From a virus (lineage: Duplodnaviria; Caudoviricetes), in IMG/VR virus record IMGVR_UViG_3300036778_000062, positions 76,646 through 140,645 of that record: 64,000 nucleotides of DNA, one strand, 5' to 3'. The notes below the pieces were generated by a model that saw nothing but the letters and a program-made list of their open reading frames with translations, was not told the DNA's origin and ran no database searches. The translations under genes were made by a program, and so were the position numbers. How positions within the stretch are numbered: position 1 is the first letter of the stretch; every line of letters starts with the position of its first letter. Below, piece after piece: positions 57,211-64,000 of the stretch.

Positions 57211-58848
57211 ATGCAGACCCAAATTGAAATCCCCTTATCGAAGCTGAAGCGCGATCCGGCGAACGTGCGCAAAACTGACGTTGCGCCGAGCCCGAGATTT
57301 GTGGCGTCCGTGCGTGAACACGGCATCCTTGAGCCGCTGACCGTCCGGCCAAACGGCGAGGCGTATTATGCGATGGGCGGCGGAAAGCGCCTTGCCGCGC
57401 TGGCCGTCCTTCTCAAGGAAAAGGCGATCAGCCCCGAACACCCGGTGCCCTGCATCGTTCGTGAGGTCGAAGGAAAGGATGCTCGCGACATCGGTCTGAC
57501 GCTCAACTATATGCGCGAGGACATGCATCCGGTCGACGAATACGAAGCATTCGCCGACATGATCAAGGATGGCATGTCACCGGAGGAGATCGGCAAGAAG
57601 TATGGCCTCAAGAAGAAGGAGGTCGATCAGGTTCTTGCGCTCGGCAATCTCGCTCCGGAAATCCGCAATGCCTGGCGTGAGGAGAAACTCGACGAAAAGG
57701 CGGCGCGAGCATTCACGCTCGAGCCGGATCAGAACCGCCAGACGGACATCTTCAATTCGCTGCGGAAGCGCGGCGGCTTCAACGACTGGACCGTCCGATC
57801 GGCGATCGTGGGCAACGCGCACGAAGCTAAGGCGATGATGGATTTCGTTGGGGTTGCTGTGTATCGCCAAGCAGGCGGTGCCATCACTCAGGATCTGTTT
57901 GCCGACGCTAAAGAGTCTGCAGAGATTGCCACCGACCTAAAACTGCTCAAAAAGCTGTACGATGACAAGTTGAAAATCAAGGTCGAGGAAGTAAAGGCCG
58001 AAGGCTGGAGGTGGGTCGAATTCCAGTCCGATCTTCCTTACAACGCACAATGGTGGGAATCGAAGCCCAAGAGCAGCATCAAAGCAGAGGAGCGTGGCAA
58101 CTACGGCGTCATCTTCTCTAAGGGCCATCACGGCGACATCAATATCAAGTTCGGCGTCGTAAAGCCGGTCCAGCAGAAGGCCGAGAAGCGCAAGGCCGCC
58201 GCCAAGGCTGGTGGCACCCCAGTCATGTTGCCGGCAGCTCTCTGCGGTCGACTGACTGATCAGATCACCAAGGCCACGGCCTCGGTGCTTGAGACAGACG
58301 GTAGCCTGGCGCTAGCGGCTATTTGCGCCGCGCTGACATCAGCCGGCTTTGACAATGCCTTCAACGTCAGTTCCGGCGCGCGTGGTGCCGCTAAATTCGT
58401 TCAACAATTCGAGCTGATGCGCAAGAAGAACACGGCGGACCTTTGCGCGGTGCTCGCGAAGGTCGCCGCACAATCGTTGGCGATCGGAGCGTCTGTCCAG
58501 GACAAACTTCCGCTGTCCAAGAATCGGCTTGGCGATCGCGCACTACTCGAAGCGCTCAACGCCAAGAAGCTGAACGCCGCATTGCGGGCCGGCTTCGACG
58601 CCCCCGACTATTTCAGGGGCGTCACGGCGCAGGCCTGCAAGGATGCGATCTTGCTCTGCGATCCGAAATACCCGTTCACCGGCAAGGAAAAGAAATCCGA
58701 CCTGGCGAAGCTCGCGGCGAACTTGGTCAAGAAATCGAATGCCGGCGACAAGGCAGGCTACCTGCCGCCAGAGATGCGGACGGCTCACTACGACGGACCG
58801 TCGGCGGACCCAAAGAAGGCTGTGAAGAAGAAGGCCGCGAAGAAGTGA
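57211..58848 (+). CDS. ParB/RepB/Spo0J-family protein (long plasmid/ICE type)
   Basis: NVRK, SVREHGILEPLTVR, GGKRL.AL, N..REDMHPVDE..AF, HTH, GG....DLF. Confidence 0.88.
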   Translation: MQTQIEIPLSKLKRDPANVRKTDVAPSPRFVASVREHGILEPLTVRPNGEAYYAMGGGKRLAALAVLLKEKAISPEHPVPCIVREVEGKDARDIGLTLNYMREDMHPVDEYEAFADMIKDGMSPEEIGKKYGLKKKEVDQVLALGNLAPEIRNAWREEKLDEKAARAFTLEPDQNRQTDIFNSLRKRGGFNDWTVRSAIVGNAHEAKAMMDFVGVAVYRQAGGAITQDLFADAKESAEIATDLKLLKKLYDDKLKIKVEEVKAEGWRWVEFQSDLPYNAQWWESKPKSSIKAEERGNYGVIFSKGHHGDINIKFGVVKPVQQKAEKRKAAAKAGGTPVMLPAALCGRLTDQITKATASVLETDGSLALAAICAALTSAGFDNAFNVSSGARGAAKFVQQFELMRKKNTADLCAVLAKVAAQSLAIGASVQDKLPLSKNRLGDRALLEALNAKKLNAALRAGFDAPDYFRGVTAQACKDAILLCDPKYPFTGKEKKSDLAKLAANLVKKSNAGDKAGYLPPEMRTAHYDGPSADPKKAVKKKAAKK

Positions 58849-60904
58849 AGGCGACGATCGGACAAACGATCGCCGCCAAAGCGCGAGGAGGGGAGGCGAT
58901 AGCCGACCTCATCGACGCGGCGATCGCCGATGCCTTCAAGTCTGGCTTCGAGCACGCGGTCGCCGGCGGCAAGGAGGCCGCTCGCAAGTGTCCGCAGCTC
59001 GGAAACGCGATGCCCCTCGTCCTGTACTTTGTAAACGCGAAGGATCGGCAGGAGTTCGCCGACATGATCCACGAAGCCAAGCCTCACATGATCGAAACGA
59101 AGATACCGGAGTAGCCATGAACGACACCACGACGATTGAATATCCGACCGCTCCAACCGCCGATAACGAAGGCTGGGAATGGGCTCGTGTCGAAATTATG
59201 GGGCACCGCGAGCATTGGGGTCGCATCCGTCAGGAAGAGCGATACGGCGTGAAGATGTTGCGCGTCGATATACCAGGCTTCGCAAGGATCGCTGATGTCG
59301 AGATCGCGGGCGATCAGACGAAGCCTGCGGAGCTGGTGATGACCTGGACCACGCACTTCTACGGAGGCTCGGCGCTATTCGGCGTCACGTTGACCGACGA
59401 AGCGACGGTGATGAGGAAGAACAGACCGTACGAGTACCCATATCGCCTTACGCACCGTCCAGAGGCGAAGGAGGTGCACGCGATCGACAACCAAGACAAC
59501 CACAGCGAGGACGACGACGTTGACGACAACAATGACGACGATGGGGACCTGGAGACGTACTGAGCGTGCCAGAAGTCGGATTGTGATCGACATGAAGCTC
59601 GCGGCCAAAATCGTTGAGGCCGGGATGAAGTTAAAGAAGGTGATGCAGAAGCGCAGCATCACTGCCGCGCGAGCGAAGTGTCCATTTTGCGAATCCGGCT
59701 TTCTCCACGGCCGGCTCGCTGGACGAAAGAGTCACCTGCGGATGTGGTGCGATGGCTGCGACGTAGGAATGATGGAGTGAGTGCTGATATGCACGCGGAC
59801 CAAGGGGTGAGCGTCGATCGAGACGCGCTGATCGGTATCGTGCAAAAAGCCTTCTATGACTTGGCACTTCATCTCAGACTCGAGAAGAGGCTTTTGGACC
59901 CTGAGGCGTCAGCTAAAGAATATCTAGAGAAGCTGCTTGTTTTCGGATCAGAAAGAGCCGTCGATACGATCGTCTCTCTTTGCCGTATTGATGCCTCGCT
60001 CGCGCGACAGCTCGGCGCCAGCATTGAGCGCAACTCGAGACTGAAGATCGCCGCTCAGGCCGTTCTCGACGCATTACCGTTCGGGGTGCGTCTGTCGATC
60101 GATGGCGAGCCGATTGACCACGCAAAGCTAAACAGGGCGGTCGAAGCGCTCCGAGTAGTGCTGCGAGGCGGCGAATGAAGAAGCCATCGACGCATCCGCG
60201 CGAACCGCGTCACTTTATCTGCCAGGGCTGCGGCGCCGACGTCTACCGGCCGGAGAGCGATCGCTTCGACGACAACATCTGTCTGAACTGCTGGTACGGC
60301 CGTGTGCGCGGCCGCGACGAGGAGGCGATCGCTGCATGACACCCGAAGCTAAACGTCGACGAAGAGAAAAGCGCGAACGTCAGCGACAGGAGTATCTGGC
60401 AGTCCTCGCTGGTCTGAACGCGGCCGGCAAGTCCTGCGCAAACTGCCGGAGCTACGGGCGACCGCCGATTGGCATGCAAGGCCGGATTTGCGAGATGGAT
60501 AGCGATTCTGATGGATATGTCATGGTGAAGCCGGACCACGTTTGCGACAAGCATCAGTCGAGGTCGCCATGACGCCGGCAGACATCAAGCTTGCGATCCA
60601 TCAGCTCGAGGAGGCGATCAAGGCCAGCACCGATGGCGAGATCAAGGTCTTCAACCTGAGCACCAATCTTGCCGAGGCGTTCATCGACTTCTTGAAGAAC
60701 ATCGACCCCGACATGCATAGGATCTGGCGCCAAGTGTTGCCGCAACCGCTTCTGCCGATGCTTGGGCCGATCGTCGGGCAAGAGATGATCAACACAAAGC
60801 TTGAGCGTCTCGATCGGCTGGCGAACGATCTCGGCACCGGGCTGATGCTGCTTAATGGCATCGTCGGCCAACTCGACAACATCGTGAAGAAGGCGCAGCG
60901 CTGA
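58845..60904 (+). CDS. Cluster of small hypothetical early genes (58845-59114, 59117-59563, ~59592-59780, 59777-60178, 60336-60572, 60569-60904)
   Basis: Coupled ORFs; WA.VE.MGH...GR in 59117; Cys-rich motifs. Confidence 0.55.
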
Positions 60905-61191
60905 TGCCGTCGATCCGGTACCACGTCACGCCCAGGGATGCGCCGCCGGACGTAGCGGCGCGCAAGCTTGGCCTGACCTTGGATCAGTTCAGTGCAAGGT
61001 TGCCGGAGCTGCTGGCTCGCGGCTTTCCGCCGATCGACAAGACCACCGGCAAATATGACCTGAAAGCCATCGAAGCATGGCAGGATTCCCGTTATCCACA
61101 GCTACTCGGCAAAAACGAGGTTCAGATCACCTCGGCGCCCTCTATCGATCCGACGGACATTCGGGAAAGATTAAAGGCTCTCGCAAAATGA
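60904..61191 (+). CDS. xis: Putative excisionase
   Basis: HTH with GFP..D..TG.YDL.AI.AW.D; overlaps the integrase start. Confidence 0.7.
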   Translation: MPSIRYHVTPRDAPPDVAARKLGLTLDQFSARLPELLARGFPPIDKTTGKYDLKAIEAWQDSRYPQLLGKNEVQITSAPSIDPTDIRERLKALAK

Positions 61192-62480
61192 TCGAGGCCG
61201 AGGACGTGAAGAAGGGCCCTAAAAAGCCGCCATACTATTGGGTCGATCAGGAAACCGGCATGGGTTACTGGTCGCCCAAGAAGCATATGCGCGACGCCGG
61301 GTTCGCCAATATCCGGTGCGGGCGAGACGGTCCGGAGGCGCAGGCCATTGCCTGGATGTGGGCCAAGCGCTGGAAGGATCACAAATCCGGAGTCCTTGCC
61401 GGAAACCCGCGCGAGGTTTGGCCCTCTGGTTCGCTCGGCGAGGCGTTTGAGCGCTTCCGTCGCACTTCGGAATGGAGCCGAAAGGCCCCGCGGACGCGTG
61501 AGGATTGGGATCGCGGCTGGAACCTCATCAAACCGGTGTTCGGAGCGCAGGACCCGAAGACCGTGACGCTCGAGGATATGTCGCTCTGGTATGCCGGCGA
61601 TCCTGACGACCCCGGTGTTCCGCATCTCCTTCATCCTGACCCGGCAAAGGGCGGCGTCGGCGTGCGAGAAGCGCATCGCGCCGTAAAAATCTGGCGGGCT
61701 TTGTGGCAGGTCGCGGCAGCGCTGAAATATTGCAATAGGGACGAGGATCCGTCGTTTGGCATCCGTCGCAAGACGCCAAAGGGCAGAAGCGCGCGATGGG
61801 ACTTCGAAGAGGTCCGGCGGCTCGTGAAACGGTCCTTGCGAATGCGCCGGCGCGGTCTTGCCTGTGTCCTGGCGATCATGTGGGATTCTCAGTTCTCGCC
61901 GGTCGATGTGCGGACACTTCGGGCCCGGCATCGCAAGATCGTTGGCGGCCGTCTCGTCTTCGATCGGAACGAGGGGCGCGGCAAGGCGCAGCAGGGCGAG
62001 GAAAAGGCCGTTGTGGGTACACTGTCACGCCGGACAGAGCGCTTGGTGAACTGGTATCTTGCCGAACAGTTTGGAAAGGCCGAACTGCATCCCGACACCA
62101 TCTTGTTCCTGTCGCCCGGCAGCGAGCCCGTGTCCCGAAAGGGTAAGAAGGGGGAATGGGGCGGCAATCACGGCGGGGGCAAGCCGCGCCAGCAGGGTCC
62201 TTATTCAAAGGATTTGCTGTCGAAAGACTTCGGCCGGGTCCGCGAGGCCGAATTCGGCGTCACCGAAACCCGGCAGATGATCGACATGCGGCGCTCGGCA
62301 TCGGTCGAGGCGCTGGCCGGGCAGGTAGACCCCGGCGTGCTGGCCGCCAAGATGGGGAACACGATCGACGAGTCCCGGGAGCTGCAGCGGACCTACCTGC
62401 CGGCCCAGGTCGCGGTTGTTCGAATGGCGGACGAGGCGCGGGTGGTCGGGCGCCGACGGCTTCGTAAAGATAAAGAGTAA
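61188..62480 (+). CDS. int: Tyrosine recombinase/integrase (divergent)
   Basis: LAPRTR-like core-binding region, DMRRS, MGN...TY catalytic C-term; adjacent to att. Confidence 0.8.
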   Translation: MIEAEDVKKGPKKPPYYWVDQETGMGYWSPKKHMRDAGFANIRCGRDGPEAQAIAWMWAKRWKDHKSGVLAGNPREVWPSGSLGEAFERFRRTSEWSRKAPRTREDWDRGWNLIKPVFGAQDPKTVTLEDMSLWYAGDPDDPGVPHLLHPDPAKGGVGVREAHRAVKIWRALWQVAAALKYCNRDEDPSFGIRRKTPKGRSARWDFEEVRRLVKRSLRMRRRGLACVLAIMWDSQFSPVDVRTLRARHRKIVGGRLVFDRNEGRGKAQQGEEKAVVGTLSRRTERLVNWYLAEQFGKAELHPDTILFLSPGSEPVSRKGKKGEWGGNHGGGKPRQQGPYSKDLLSKDFGRVREAEFGVTETRQMIDMRRSASVEALAGQVDPGVLAAKMGNTIDESRELQRTYLPAQVAVVRMADEARVVGRRRLRKDKE

Positions 62481-62586
62481 GAACGCCCGCCTTGGACTTT
62501 TTCGAAACCTTGGACTTCGATCTTTTTTAGGGCGTCAAATTGCCCTTCCAGTGTCCAAGGTTTCCCTGAAACCGCTTGGTCAACCT

Positions 62587-62637
62587 GCCGGCCTGTCACG
62601 CCGGAGGTCGCGGGTTCGAGCCCCGTCTCTCGCGCCA
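62587..62637 (+). repeat. att core: 3' half of tRNA-Asp(GTC)
   Basis: Anticodon arm CCGGC-CTGTCAC-GCCGG, T-arm GGTTCGAG, CCA end; no D-arm upstream. Confidence 0.92.
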
Positions 62638-63210
62638 TTTTTATAAATAAGACCAATCACTTACATCTCGGCCATTGGGCCGATTTCTCAAGGTGCCGGA
62701 CAGACCGGCGCTCCTGACGCGTCATCAGGTTTTTGTTCTGGCTCCTTCGCGGCAAGCAGGCGCGCTTGATCGAATCTGCGAATCTGCACGCGCTCGCGAC
62801 GTTCGCTGGATCCTGGATCTGGCGCGGCCGCTTGCCCGCGGCGGTCACGGTCTCACGGATGCGTCTCCCGCTCGCTTCGGTGTCGTGCGGCCGCAGATAG
62901 ACTGGCGACGGTGTCGGTTGTTGCGAGCCCCACTCGACGGCCGTCACTCAGAAGCGCCGTTGGACATCATGTCTGCTGCTGACCTCAGACATGGACCTCG
63001 CCACGGGTTGCATCGGGGGCCGGCCCGCTAAGGGCCGGGTCTGGCCCGGCCCGCGTCTCCAGCCACTCGCGGTCAATCGCGAGCTTTATGCCGGTGCCGG
63101 CCCAGAGTTCCATTCGGTTTCCCGGTGTGCCTATTCCGCAACATCGGTTTTCGGAATCCATGCTATGGAACCGCCATTATTTTAGATGTTCGACGCTGGG
63201 GACTGACTTC

Positions 63211-63996
63211 ATGACTAAACTGAGCAGGGCGCTTCTTTGCGCGGCCTCGATGACCGTTATTGTCGGAACACAGGCTGTAGCCGCAGATCTCGCTTACAAG
63301 GCCAGGCCGGCCGTTGCGCCGGTCGCTATCTACAACTGGAATGGCTTCTACGTTGGTGGCCATGTCGGCGGAGGTTGGGGCCAGGTCGACAACACTTCGG
63401 CCGCGCCTGGCACTGGCGCATTTCCAACCGGCACCCCCTTCGCTCGGAATGACACGAGCGGGTTCCTTGGTGGTGTGCAAGGTGGCTTCAACTGGCAGGT
63501 AAATAGCCTCGTTCTGGGTATCGAAGGCGAATACACCTGGACCGACGTCAAGGGGACCGCAACGTCGCAAAGCACGCAGCCGCGTTTTCTAGCGATCACG
63601 TCCACGTCGACGACCAAGACCGATGACATCGCGATGGTGACCGGCCGTATCGGTTACGCTGCGAATAACTGGCTGCTCTACGCGAAGGGCGGCTGGGCTT
63701 GGGCGGACGGCGGCTCCAATGGTGTGGTGACAAGTGCTGGCGTCACGACGTCATTGACGTCGTCTTCGACGGATCGCGATGGATGGGTCGTGGGTGCGGG
63801 CGCCGAGTGGGGTTTCGCTCCGAACTGGTCTGCCAAGCTTGAGTACAACCACGTCGATTTCGGATCGAAGACTGTCGAGGTTACTCATACGCCTCCGCCC
63901 AACAGCTTCACGGACTCTTCGTCCAAGATTGACATCGTCAAGGCTGGCGTAAATTACCGCTTCAACTGGAGCGGACCTGTCGTCGCCAAGTACTGA
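63211..63996 (+). CDS. Host outer-membrane protein (Omp25/RopB family)
   Basis: Signal peptide, AADL..KA, YNW.GFYVG, GG.QGG.NWQ, WSAKLEY, terminal NYRF. Confidence 0.92.
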   Translation: MTKLSRALLCAASMTVIVGTQAVAADLAYKARPAVAPVAIYNWNGFYVGGHVGGGWGQVDNTSAAPGTGAFPTGTPFARNDTSGFLGGVQGGFNWQVNSLVLGIEGEYTWTDVKGTATSQSTQPRFLAITSTSTTKTDDIAMVTGRIGYAANNWLLYAKGGWAWADGGSNGVVTSAGVTTSLTSSSTDRDGWVVGAGAEWGFAPNWSAKLEYNHVDFGSKTVEVTHTPPPNSFTDSSSKIDIVKAGVNYRFNWSGPVVAKY

Positions 63997-64000
63997 TCGC

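Larger units (their letters stand above)
1..62637. mobile_element. Integrated temperate prophage (myovirus-type), left end outside the window
   Basis: Complete head/tail/terminase, replication, immunity and recombination modules; xis-int next to a duplicated tRNA-Asp 3' half; host-type porin beyond it. Confidence 0.95.

Noticed and set aside
62560-62637. Full tRNA-Asp gene
   Set aside because: The 5' acceptor strand and D-arm are missing; this is the att duplication only
62657-63185. Short ORFs between att and the porin
   Set aside because: No RBS, motif or consistent coding pattern; probably host intergenic DNA

Overview
Positions 1 to ~62,637 are most of a temperate prophage with a contractile tail, integrated at a tRNA-Asp(GTC) gene. 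The host is a high-GC alphaproteobacterium, probably Bradyrhizobium-like given the GcrA homologue and the flanking Omp25/RopB-type porin. The left end, including the expected lysis cassette and the intact tRNA, lies outside the window. From left to right: (i) a minus-strand late operon (~33.6 kb to 1) of the DUF1073 portal / DUF2213 / DUF2184 capsid / DUF3383 sheath / DUF2612 type, interrupted by plus-strand morons; (ii) a radical-SAM, MTase-like, Csp and ParB-N cluster next to the terminase; (iii) a separate plus-strand operon (35.2-39.7 kb, DUF932 plus an MTase-like gene); (iv) replication and regulation genes (AAA helicase, RuvC-like, GcrA, cro/cI); (v) a PL-type early operon (YqaJ, recombinase, ExoX, HerA-like ATPase, ParB, xis, int); then the att site and a host porin. 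The most notable observations are: (1) five genes embedded in the virion operon carry Sec-type signal peptides, four with even, paired Cys, suggesting virion accessories that mature in the periplasm; (2) an ACAG-N5-CTGT operator occurs six times, at cro/cI, at PL and at the distant 35-kb operon, where one copy overlaps a 15/16 chromosomal parS site and three genes share a GGGGC-ANC-GCCCC leader hairpin; (3) the portal has a ~330-aa acidic tail behind a probable A-x-D protease site; (4) one ~70-aa beta-rich module is inserted in four different virion proteins; (5) there are two clusters of 9-bp-period GGGACA repeats. All family calls come from motif recognition and gene order, not database searches.
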